Below, one piece after another: positions 38,922 through 47,821 of a DNA stretch of 64,000 nt. This DNA comes from Patescibacteria group bacterium (GTDB lineage Bacteria > Patescibacteriota > Saccharimonadia > CAILAD01 > BJGX01): the NCBI GenBank assembly GCA_026397045.1, contig JAPLVO010000012.1, forward strand, positions 10,654-74,653, written 5' to 3'. A program made the position numbers and the translations under genes. Each line of letters starts with the position of its first letter. Position 1 is the stretch's first letter. Under the pieces are notes generated by a model. That model was not told where the DNA came from. It worked only from the letters and a program-made list of their open reading frames with translations, and searched no databases.

Positions 38922-40885
38922 GTATATTCGGAGAATTCTACCAAAAACCCATAAAGTTCAAACGGAACAAAAAAGAACTTATAGTGTCTCAAAGCGAGGA
39001 CTGGAGTGCAGCCATCTTATCTGGGTCAAGCGAACTTACAGCCAGCGAATCGACGGTGCCAAGATATATTTATTTAGGCCTGGCGATAGTTTTAACCTTG
39101 GCCACGAGCCTACTACTGTGGAGACTGTTCTCGATCCAGATCGTGCAGGGCCAGCGAAATACGCTGCTGGCTAATGGCAATAGAATAAGGACCACCACAA
39201 TACCAGCCCCAAGGGGCGCAATATATGATCGAAACGGCACGCTCTTGGCAAGAAATAGCGCCCTCTACGACTTGGTAGCCACACCTTCTCAGCTACCCAA
39301 GGCCGATAGCGATATTTCACAAATAGCGGCAGACTTGGCCGTTGTCTTGGGCTCCAGCCAGACCGAGCTTTATCAGAGCCTCATAAATATACAAAAAAGC
39401 GATCAGCCAGAAGTGGTGTTGGCCGCAAATATCGATCGTGAGAAGTCGCTGCAGGTAGAGGAAAAGAGTCGTCTTTTGCAGGGGCTATCGCTGGAAACAA
39501 CACCTCAAAGGGAGTACCTAGATAAAGGCTTGCTTGCTCATTTTTTAGGTTATATAGGTAGGATCTCGCAGGAAGAATGGAAGGAAAATCCCGAATATCG
39601 ACCTGTTGATGTTATCGGGAAGAGCGGAATAGAGAAGAACTATGAGTCAGAGCTCAGAGGTATTGCAGGTAAAGAGCAAGTTGAGGTCGATGCATCTGGG
39701 CGCCCAATAAGGTTTTTAGCCAGAATCGAACCTGTTGCTGGTAAAAATATCAATCTAAGCATCGATTGGGAGCTCCAGCAGCAGATGTATAATTCCGTTA
39801 AATCGGCAGCCGAAAAAGCTGGTTCTAAAGCTGGGTCGGCTGTTTCGCTGGATCCCCAGACGGGAGAAGTTTTAGCAGCAGTCAATTACCCCACCTATGA
39901 TGGCAATTTGTTCGCCAAAGGCATTAGCCAGGCCGATTATAATAATTTGCTCAATGACGAATCAAAGCCTTTGAATAATCGACTCAGCTCTGGTAGCTAT
40001 CCAATCGGTTCGGTGGTAAAGCCCTTTATATCGGCCGCAGCCTTACAGGAAAATGTAATCAATTCTGGCACCTCGGTGGTCGATAAGGGTAAGCTCGAAG
40101 TACCCAACATCTACAATCCCTCAGTGGTCTACACTTTCAAGGGCTGGAAGCCTGAAGGTCTGGGAACTGTCAATGTCGTAAAAGCAATTCAGATGAGCTC
40201 CGATATATTCTTCTATCAGGTGGGCGGCGGCTTCCAGAGCTTTCAGGGCCTCGGGGAGAAACGATTGCTGGATTGGTATTCTAGGTTTGGATTCGGCTCT
40301 AAGACAGGCATTGATATAGGCGAGGAAAGCTCTGGATCGCTACCAAGCCCTGAGCAGAAGAAAAAACAAACCAACGAAGCCTGGTATGTAGGCGATACCT
40401 ATAATATATCTATTGGCCAAGGCGATATGAGAGCCACGCCGTTACAGGTGGCAGTCGCTAATGCTGCAATCGCCAATGGCGGCAAGATAATCAAGCCACA
40501 TTTGCTCCGTAGTACCTCTCAATATGGAGTAGGGCTAAATAATGTTGGCGTGAGTATTGTAAGGTCGAACTTTGTATCCGAGGCCAACTTGCGGCTTATC
40601 CAGCAGGGCATGGAAGATGCCGTAAATGGGGGAACGGCTTGTTGCAGTATCAAATCAGAGGTACCCGTGCAAGTAGCAGGTAAGACCGGCACAGCAGAAA
40701 CCTCATCTGAGGGCTTTGATGGCAAAAATCCCCGAACCAAGCCCCATGCCTGGTTTAGTTCCTACGCACCAGCCATCAATCCCAGAATAGCCACCGTGGT
40801 GATGATCGAAAACTCAGGCGAAGGATCCGAATTCGCAGTGCCCGCAAGCAAGGATATACTCAAGTGGTACTTCGCTAACAGATGA
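38918..40885 (+). CDS. mrdA: Penicillin-binding protein 2 (class B transpeptidase)
   Basis: SVVKPF (SxxK), SSD-like and KTGTAE motifs, and an N-terminal TM. Confidence 0.85.
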   Translation: MSIFGEFYQKPIKFKRNKKELIVSQSEDWSAAILSGSSELTASESTVPRYIYLGLAIVLTLATSLLLWRLFSIQIVQGQRNTLLANGNRIRTTTIPAPRGAIYDRNGTLLARNSALYDLVATPSQLPKADSDISQIAADLAVVLGSSQTELYQSLINIQKSDQPEVVLAANIDREKSLQVEEKSRLLQGLSLETTPQREYLDKGLLAHFLGYIGRISQEEWKENPEYRPVDVIGKSGIEKNYESELRGIAGKEQVEVDASGRPIRFLARIEPVAGKNINLSIDWELQQQMYNSVKSAAEKAGSKAGSAVSLDPQTGEVLAAVNYPTYDGNLFAKGISQADYNNLLNDESKPLNNRLSSGSYPIGSVVKPFISAAALQENVINSGTSVVDKGKLEVPNIYNPSVVYTFKGWKPEGLGTVNVVKAIQMSSDIFFYQVGGGFQSFQGLGEKRLLDWYSRFGFGSKTGIDIGEESSGSLPSPEQKKKQTNEAWYVGDTYNISIGQGDMRATPLQVAVANAAIANGGKIIKPHLLRSTSQYGVGLNNVGVSIVRSNFVSEANLRLIQQGMEDAVNGGTACCSIKSEVPVQVAGKTGTAETSSEGFDGKNPRTKPHAWFSSYAPAINPRIATVVMIENSGEGSEFAVPASKDILKWYFANR

Positions 40886-40906
40886 AATAATAATAGGTAG
40901 CGAGGT

Positions 40907-41010
40907 TTGACAGCGGGTCTGATATTTGCGATAATAAAAACAAACAACTAAGAATTATGGTTGATTTGCCCTAGATTTAAATCACGCCTCATGGCGAGTT
41001 TTTCTTTTTA
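40907..41010 (+). promoter_or_regulatory. greA leader: promoter followed by a short terminator-like hairpin plus U-tract (GraL-like arrangement)
   Basis: TTGACA (40907-12), 17 nt, GATAAT (40930-35). Then a CGCC/GGCG hairpin at 40985-40996 followed by TTTTTCTTTTT, upstream of the greA ATG at 41045. Confidence 0.35.
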
Positions 41011-41044
41011 GAGGCTAGTATATTTAGAGAGGTACACCAATACA

Positions 41045-41509
41045 ATGTCCAAACAAAATGATTTTTATTTAACTAAAGAAGGCCTTGCAGAGCTTCAGGC
41101 CGAGCTTGATAACCTTAAAACTACCAAGCGCAAAGAAGTTGCTAATGCCCTTAAAGAGGCTAAAGAATTCGGCGACCTCAGCGAAAATACTGATTGGGAT
41201 GATGCCAAATCTCGGCAGCTCTTTATCGAAGGCCGTATTTCGGAGCTTGATAATATTCTAAAGCACGCTAAAGTAATAGAAAAATCTAACACTAGCTCCG
41301 TGGTTGTAGGCTCTACCGTAGAGGTAGAACTCGAAAATGATCACCATACATTCAGGATTGTCGGCTCCACAGAGGCCAATCCAGATAAGGGTAAGATTTC
41401 CGACGAGTCTCCTATCGGTAAGGCCCTTATGGGCAAGAAAATAGGCGAACACGCAGAGGTCCAAATTCCTGCTGGCTCAATCACCTACCGAATACTAGAT
41501 GTCAAATAG
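41045..41509 (+). CDS. greA: Transcription elongation factor GreA
   Basis: N-terminal coiled-coil LTKEGLAELQAELDNL...GDLSENTDWDDAK and a C-terminal FKBP-like domain. Confidence 0.9.
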   Translation: MSKQNDFYLTKEGLAELQAELDNLKTTKRKEVANALKEAKEFGDLSENTDWDDAKSRQLFIEGRISELDNILKHAKVIEKSNTSSVVVGSTVEVELENDHHTFRIVGSTEANPDKGKISDESPIGKALMGKKIGEHAEVQIPAGSITYRILDVK

Positions 41510-41559
41510 GTTCCTGGCGCCTTAGCTTGTTGGCCCATAGTCGGGTATAATTAAAAACT

Positions 41560-43119
41560 ATGAACGATAATAACCAGAGTAACTATTGGCTAGATATATT
41601 AATATCAAGGATAATCACGGCCCACCCAACAGGCGAGCTGATTGTATCTAGTGGTATATCTCCATCGGGTCCGTATCATGTTGGTCATGGCCGAGAGATA
41701 CTCACAGCCGACTCAATTTATCGCGGGTTGCGCGAGGCTGGAAGGCAAGTCCGGCACTTGCACTTCGTGGACGCCCACGATACCCTGCGCAAACGCTACC
41801 CATATCTCCCAGAATCATACGAACAAGAAGCCGGCAAGCCACTATACAAAGTCCCGGCACCAGATGGTAAATCTGAAAATTATGCTAAGCAGTACTTTTC
41901 AGATTATCAAAAGAGCGCTAAAAAGCTGGGGATTGAAATGGAGATAATCTGGACCAACGAACTCTATGAATCTGGTGTATTTTCAGATGCCATTGGGCTT
42001 TGCCTTAGAAAGCGCGACGAAATCGCCAAGATTCTTTTTGATATTAGTGGTCGGGAAGTATCAGAAGATTGGCAGCCTATTCAGATTCTCGATCAATCAA
42101 CAGGCAAGCTCAATACCGCTAAGTTTATAGGTTACGACCATGACACCCAAAAAGCTCATTACTTAGGGGAAGATCAAAATGAATATTTCGCAGATGCCAG
42201 CAAGGGCCAGATTAAGCTGGATTGGCGGCTAGATTGGACAGCTCGCTGGAAACTCTATGGCGTTATGATCGAGGGTTTTGGAAGGGAGCATGCCACTAAA
42301 GGGGGAAGCTATGATACTGGGGTGGTTTTAGCCAAAGAAATATTTGCTATCGATGCGCCAATACCCGTGCCCTATGACACAATCAACCTCAAAGGGGAGT
42401 CTAAAAAGATGAGCTCCTCTCTTGGTAATTTAGTAAGCCTGATAGATTCTCTAGAAATTATTCCGCCAGAGGTGCTCAGATACTTCACTTTCAAGAGCCG
42501 CCCCGAAAAGCAGCTTGGCTTCGACCCCGGGCTGGGCCTCTATACATTAATGGATGAATACGCCAAAACTGAATCAGCCACCTTAGCAGGCGAAGAGCCA
42601 GCTTTTAAGCGAGCCTGGCAGATAGCCAGCTTATCTGGCGATCAGCATGTTGTTAGCACTGTGCCCTTCTCTCATATCGTGACCCTCTACCAGACTGCCA
42701 GAGGAGAAGCTGTTGTTATTCTGGAGATGCTCGAGCGCACTGGCCATAAGGCTGCCGTACAGACCCAATCTGAATCCATACTGCGCGAATTAAAGTATGT
42801 CAAGAATTGGATAGATCGTTATGCCCCGGAAAATATTAAATTTGAAATACAAAAGAAGCTGCCAGAACTTGAAATTAGTAAGGCTCAACATCAGTTCTTG
42901 GCTGGGTTACTCGATAAAATTAAGCCTTCATCCATGCAGGCCGATGAAATCCACAAGGCAGTTTATGACAGCGCTATGGCATCTGATTTGAAGCCAGCTG
43001 AAGCATTTAAGCTTATTTATAGGCTATTTTTAAATAAAGACCAGGGGCCGAAAGTTGGCTTTTTCCTTTCTAGCCTAGACAAAGACTTCGTATTAAATAG
43101 AATTGCACTAAAAGGGTAG
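41560..43119 (+). CDS. lysS: Lysyl-tRNA synthetase, class I (archaeal/spirochaete type)
   Basis: SGISPSGPYHVGHGREI (class-I HIGH region) and KMSSSLGN (KMSKS). About 520 aa, as in class I LysRS. Confidence 0.8.
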   Translation: MNDNNQSNYWLDILISRIITAHPTGELIVSSGISPSGPYHVGHGREILTADSIYRGLREAGRQVRHLHFVDAHDTLRKRYPYLPESYEQEAGKPLYKVPAPDGKSENYAKQYFSDYQKSAKKLGIEMEIIWTNELYESGVFSDAIGLCLRKRDEIAKILFDISGREVSEDWQPIQILDQSTGKLNTAKFIGYDHDTQKAHYLGEDQNEYFADASKGQIKLDWRLDWTARWKLYGVMIEGFGREHATKGGSYDTGVVLAKEIFAIDAPIPVPYDTINLKGESKKMSSSLGNLVSLIDSLEIIPPEVLRYFTFKSRPEKQLGFDPGLGLYTLMDEYAKTESATLAGEEPAFKRAWQIASLSGDQHVVSTVPFSHIVTLYQTARGEAVVILEMLERTGHKAAVQTQSESILRELKYVKNWIDRYAPENIKFEIQKKLPELEISKAQHQFLAGLLDKIKPSSMQADEIHKAVYDSAMASDLKPAEAFKLIYRLFLNKDQGPKVGFFLSSLDKDFVLNRIALKG

Positions 43120-43131
43120 TATAATTAAGCT

Positions 43132-44418
43132 ATGTTAGACATACGATTTATCAGAAAAGATCCAGAGGCCGTTAAGCAAAATGCAATAAATAAGGGCTAC
43201 GAAATCGATATTGCGTCCATCCTTGATTTGGATGAGAACCGTCGAGATCTTATTCTTAAAACCGAAACTCTGCGCGAGCGGCGCAACGACTTGTCTAAAT
43301 CTAAAGACCAAACTTCAGATACAATCTCTGAAGCCAAGGCTATTCGAACAGAATTGGCTGGGTTAGAGAGCGAATTGGCCGTCATCGAGGAAAAATTGAA
43401 CTTAAAGCTCAGAGTAGTACCAAATATGGCGCTCAAAGAAGTCCCTATCGGAAAATCAGAAAACGATAATGTCGTCCTAAAGACAGTCGGGACTAAGCCT
43501 GAATTTGATTTCAAGCCTAAAAGCGATGAAGAGCTTGGCGAATTACACGGCTTTATTGACAAGCAGAGGGCTGCAAAAGTGGCTGGGGCCAGATTCGCCT
43601 ATCTAAAAGGTAAAATTGTTCGGTTGCAGTTTTCCCTCATCGAAATGGTGATGGATATACTAACCGACGAAATAGTCATTAAAGAAATAATCAAAACGCA
43701 GGGCCTTAATATAAAGCCCACTCCATTTGTACCAGTGCTGCCACCATACTTAATAAAAACCGAGCCATATATGGCATCCGGAAGGCTCGATAGCGAAGAA
43801 GTCACCTATAAGCTAGAAAACGACGAACTTTGGCTAAATGCAAGTGCTGAGCATAGCTTGTGTACTATGTATATGAATGAAAAAATCTCTCATAAGGATC
43901 TGCCCATAAGAATGCTTGGCTATTCCACTAGCTTCCGGCGCGAAGCCGGCAGCTATGGTAAAGACAGTGAAGGGCTATTTAGGATGCATCAATTCGATAA
44001 GCTCGAAATGGAAATATTTTCAACAGCTGACACCGGCCAAGAAGAACATAAGCTTCTGGTAGCGCTTCAAGAGTATTTATTGCAGCAATTGGAATTGCCT
44101 TATCAGGTAATACAAAAATGTTCAGCCGATATTGGTAGGCCAAATGCCCAAGGGGTTGATATCGATACCTGGGTCCCTACCCAAAACAAATATCGCGAAA
44201 CTCACACTGCTGACTACATGACAGACTACCAGGCAAGGAGCTTGAATACCAAAGTGAAGCTCGAAAGCGGCGAGTCCGAGTTCGTTCACACCAACGATGC
44301 CACGGCCTTTGCAATGGGCCGGATATTAAAAGCTATCCTGGAGAACTTCCAACAGGCTGATGGTAGAATCAAATTACCAAAAGCCTTGGCGAAGTATTTT
44401 GGAGCCAATGAACTTTAA
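43132..44418 (+). CDS. serS: Seryl-tRNA synthetase
   Basis: N-terminal coiled-coil arm and class II motifs. TATAAT 6 nt upstream of the ATG, so likely leaderless. Confidence 0.9.
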   Translation: MLDIRFIRKDPEAVKQNAINKGYEIDIASILDLDENRRDLILKTETLRERRNDLSKSKDQTSDTISEAKAIRTELAGLESELAVIEEKLNLKLRVVPNMALKEVPIGKSENDNVVLKTVGTKPEFDFKPKSDEELGELHGFIDKQRAAKVAGARFAYLKGKIVRLQFSLIEMVMDILTDEIVIKEIIKTQGLNIKPTPFVPVLPPYLIKTEPYMASGRLDSEEVTYKLENDELWLNASAEHSLCTMYMNEKISHKDLPIRMLGYSTSFRREAGSYGKDSEGLFRMHQFDKLEMEIFSTADTGQEEHKLLVALQEYLLQQLELPYQVIQKCSADIGRPNAQGVDIDTWVPTQNKYRETHTADYMTDYQARSLNTKVKLESGESEFVHTNDATAFAMGRILKAILENFQQADGRIKLPKALAKYFGANEL

Positions 44419-44436
44419 TTAATAAAGGAGGTCCTC

Positions 44437-44793
44437 ATGATAAAGATCCAGCTAACAGGGCGTAAATTTGAGATTGAACCAGAAATCAAGAAGTATGTCG
44501 AGCGAAAGCTCGGAGGATTAGATAAATATTTGCCTCGCGGCCATATCAACCAGGGCATGAGCGTAGAAATATTAAAGGACCCATCAGGCAAGGAAGATAA
44601 TCGCTATAAGGTCATCGCCGTTCTAAAAGTGCAGGGGCCAGATCTAGTGGCCGAGACTGCCACCATAAACCCACATTCGGCCATTGATATCGTGGAACAA
44701 AAGTTAAAAATCCAAATACGGAAGTATAAGGAAAAGCAAAAACCTCGTCGCATCGGCATTAAAGAGCTGTTTGATAAAATCAGATCGCACTAA
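44437..44793 (+). CDS. hpf: Ribosome hibernation promoting factor (short HPF/RaiA)
   Basis: MIKIQLTGRKFEIEPEIKKYVERKL... Confidence 0.85.
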   Translation: MIKIQLTGRKFEIEPEIKKYVERKLGGLDKYLPRGHINQGMSVEILKDPSGKEDNRYKVIAVLKVQGPDLVAETATINPHSAIDIVEQKLKIQIRKYKEKQKPRRIGIKELFDKIRSH

Positions 44794-44820
44794 CCAAGCG
44801 ACTCCTGTATAATATAAATT

Positions 44821-47415
44821 ATGTCATTTATAACCAAAATATTTGGTGACCCAAACGAGCGGGAAATCAAAAAAGATCGATTAATAGTCGATAAGATTAA
44901 TGCCTTAGAAGCTAATACCAAAGCCCTGACTGATAAGCAGCTAACAGCCAAGACGGCTGAGTTTAAAAAGAGGCTTGGCAAACAGGAAACTCTGGATGAT
45001 ATCCTACCAGAAGCCTTTGCTGTAGTTCGTGAGGCTTCAAGGCGCCGGCTAGGCCAAAGACACTTCGATGTACAGCTCATCGGCGGGATTGTTTTGCATG
45101 AAGGTAAAATCGCCGAAATGCGTACTGGAGAGGGCAAGACCTTGGTTGCAACGCTAGCTTTGTATCTAAATGCCCTGGAAGGCAAGGGCGCTCATTTGGT
45201 TACCGTTAACGACTATTTGGCCAGGATCGGTGTAGGCTGGATGGGTGAAATATATCATTCTTTGGGGCTTTCTTCGGCCGTTGTTTTGCCACAGGGAGCA
45301 TTTTTGTTCGATCCAGACTTCAGCGACGAGTCCCACCACGATCCACGCCTATGGCACCTTAGGCCTATCACCAAGCAAGAGGCTTATCGAGCCGATATCA
45401 CTTATGGCACAAATAACGAGTATGGTTTTGATTACTTGCGCGATAATATGGTTTCGGATTTAGATCAATGTTCACAGCGAAAGCTAAACTATGCGATAGT
45501 CGACGAAGTAGATTCTATCTTGATAGATGAAGCCCGTACGCCACTTATTATTTCTCAGCCCGCAGGCAAAAGCACTGAGCGATATCAGTCTTTCGCTAAG
45601 CTCGCTACCAAACTCAAGCGGGATACAGATTACACCGTAGATGAAAAACAGAAGGCCGTGAGCCTAACCCCCAAAGGCATCACCCAGATAGAAGTCGATC
45701 TAGGTGTGGAAAATGTCTACGATGCCGAGCACATCGAATATGTACACCACATCGAGCAGAGTCTTAAGGCCGAGGCTTTATTCGTGAAAGACAAAGATTA
45801 TGTGGTTAGTGAGGGCGAGATAGTTATTGTCGATGAGTTCACCGGTAGGCTATTGGCAGGCCGTCGCTACTCGGAGGGTCTACACCAGGCTATTGAAGCC
45901 AAAGAAGGCGTGATTGTCCAGGCAGAATCCCAGACCTTAGCCACGATCACCTTCCAGAATTACTTCAGGCTTTACGGTAAGCTATCTGGGATGACAGGTA
46001 CTGCCCAGACCGAGGCCGAAGAGTTCGCAAAAATATACAAGCTCGAAGTTACCCGAATTCCTACCCATAGGACCATGATAAGAACCGACCTCAAAGACCG
46101 TATTTATAAATCCGAGGCTACCAAGTTTGCTGCTGTAGTTGAGGAAGTCAGGGTTAGGATCGCTAAAGGTCAGCCCGTACTGCTGGGTACTTCTAGTATT
46201 GAAAAGAACGAAATAATGAGCCAGCTACTATCTAAGGCGGGTATCGCCCATGAGCTACTAAATGCCAAAAACAATGAGAGAGAAGCCGAAATTGTGGCTT
46301 TGGCGGGCCAGCAAAAGTCTGTCACCTTGGCCACCAACATCGCAGGCCGCGGGACCGATATAGTGCTAGGCGAAGGAGTCAAGGAGCTAGGTGGGCTGCA
46401 TGTAATAGGCACAGAGCGCCATGAATCTAGGCGCATTGATAATCAGCTCCGGGGTAGGGCTGGGCGGCAGGGCGATCCAGGATCGAGCCAGTTTTTTGTT
46501 AGTGTTGAGGATGATCTTATGCGAATATTTGGTGGAGAACGAATTGGCTCACTGATGTCAGGCTTGAATTTGCCAGACGACATGCCAATAGAGAATAGTG
46601 TTATATCTAAGTCGCTCGAAACAGCTCAAAAACGAGTTGAGGGCCAGAACTTCGATGCCCGTAAGCATTTGGTGGAATACGATGATGTAATGAACTCCCA
46701 GCGCGAGATCATCTATGCCAAGCGCCGCAAGTACCTGGAGGGCAAGGACCTCAGAGCCGAAGCAGAGTCCATGTACTCGCAGGAGTTTGGCGATATCGTG
46801 AGCGCTAACACCAATCCCAAGACAGGCTCTGTGGATCTGGTTCAAGTTCAGGCATCGGCAGCTATGATTAGCCCCTTGCCAGACGATTGGTCCAGCAAAA
46901 TTGATACCAAAGTCCCGGATCTGATCACCAAAGACCTTGTGGCGAGAGTCGGAAATATCCTCGATCAGCGCGGAAAGGATGTCGGTGAAGATGTCCTGGC
47001 AGTTATCCTTAGGCTAGTTTTTTTAAGAACCATCGACAGTGCTTGGCTCGATCACCTCGAGACAATGGATCATCTGCGCGAGGGAATTGGTTTGCGCGGC
47101 TACGGCCAGCGCGACCCTCTTGTCGAATACAAGGCAGAGGCATTTGGGCTATTTACCAGGCTCCAGGCCTCGATTATTTCTGAAGTAGTTACCACTTTGC
47201 CGAAGGTAGATATACGCAAGCAGCCGGAGCATGCCGAGGCCGTTGATACCGAAATAACCTCAGGAGCCGAGATGGCTAATGCCAACATGGAGAGTTCCAT
47301 TAAAAAACAATCTCAAGCGGGTAATGTCAGGACTCAAATAAAGCGCCCCATCAGGCAGCCCGAATTAAAGCCTATGCGTAAAAAATCTAAAAACAAGAAA
47401 AAAAGGCGTAAATAG
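44821..47415 (+). CDS. secA: Preprotein translocase ATPase SecA; the C-terminus is basic and lacks the usual zinc-finger
   Basis: Full motor domains (DEAD-like NBDs, preprotein cross-linking domain). 864 aa ending in a KKSKNKKKRRK tail. Confidence 0.95.
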   Translation: MSFITKIFGDPNEREIKKDRLIVDKINALEANTKALTDKQLTAKTAEFKKRLGKQETLDDILPEAFAVVREASRRRLGQRHFDVQLIGGIVLHEGKIAEMRTGEGKTLVATLALYLNALEGKGAHLVTVNDYLARIGVGWMGEIYHSLGLSSAVVLPQGAFLFDPDFSDESHHDPRLWHLRPITKQEAYRADITYGTNNEYGFDYLRDNMVSDLDQCSQRKLNYAIVDEVDSILIDEARTPLIISQPAGKSTERYQSFAKLATKLKRDTDYTVDEKQKAVSLTPKGITQIEVDLGVENVYDAEHIEYVHHIEQSLKAEALFVKDKDYVVSEGEIVIVDEFTGRLLAGRRYSEGLHQAIEAKEGVIVQAESQTLATITFQNYFRLYGKLSGMTGTAQTEAEEFAKIYKLEVTRIPTHRTMIRTDLKDRIYKSEATKFAAVVEEVRVRIAKGQPVLLGTSSIEKNEIMSQLLSKAGIAHELLNAKNNEREAEIVALAGQQKSVTLATNIAGRGTDIVLGEGVKELGGLHVIGTERHESRRIDNQLRGRAGRQGDPGSSQFFVSVEDDLMRIFGGERIGSLMSGLNLPDDMPIENSVISKSLETAQKRVEGQNFDARKHLVEYDDVMNSQREIIYAKRRKYLEGKDLRAEAESMYSQEFGDIVSANTNPKTGSVDLVQVQASAAMISPLPDDWSSKIDTKVPDLITKDLVARVGNILDQRGKDVGEDVLAVILRLVFLRTIDSAWLDHLETMDHLREGIGLRGYGQRDPLVEYKAEAFGLFTRLQASIISEVVTTLPKVDIRKQPEHAEAVDTEITSGAEMANANMESSIKKQSQAGNVRTQIKRPIRQPELKPMRKKSKNKKKRRK

Positions 47416-47428
47416 CTCCTGATAGCTA

Positions 47429-47457
47429 TTGATTATTTATAAGGTATTTAGTATTAT
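47429..47457 (+). promoter_or_regulatory. Sigma70-like promoter of the accessory locus
   Basis: TTGATT, a 17-nt spacer, then TATTAT. Followed by SD AAGGAGGG before the 47483 ORF. Confidence 0.5.
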
Positions 47458-47482
47458 AAACATAACTACTTAAGGAGGGTTA

Positions 47483-47809
47483 ATGAAAGATAAAACTAAG
47501 GATAGGGTAAGTTCGGTTCAGCTCGAGATCTTCGCAGAAAACTTACTCGAAGAAAAGCCCCTCTATAATATCGACGAAGAAACTATTGTCCAGATGAGAG
47601 AGGACCTGGTAGATAGACTTGTCCAGGTTACCAATAAAACCATAGTCGAAAACATCCCTGCCGAAAAACTATTTGATTTTGAGAAGCTTATCGATTCCTC
47701 ACCCAAACCTTCCGAAATCCAGGCTTTTATCGAAGATAATGTTCCAGAGTTGGCACCAAAACTCACTGAAGCCTACTTTAATTTCCGTAAAATATACTTA
47801 GGTTTGTAA
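47483..47809 (+). CDS. Small acidic protein (108 aa) immediately upstream of the giant ORF. Chaperone-like by size and charge only.
   Basis: Strong SD and an acidic composition. The stop lies 12 nt before the giant ORF start. Confidence 0.5.
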   Translation: MKDKTKDRVSSVQLEIFAENLLEEKPLYNIDEETIVQMREDLVDRLVQVTNKTIVENIPAEKLFDFEKLIDSSPKPSEIQAFIEDNVPELAPKLTEAYFNFRKIYLGL

Positions 47810-47821
47810 GGTATAAGTATT

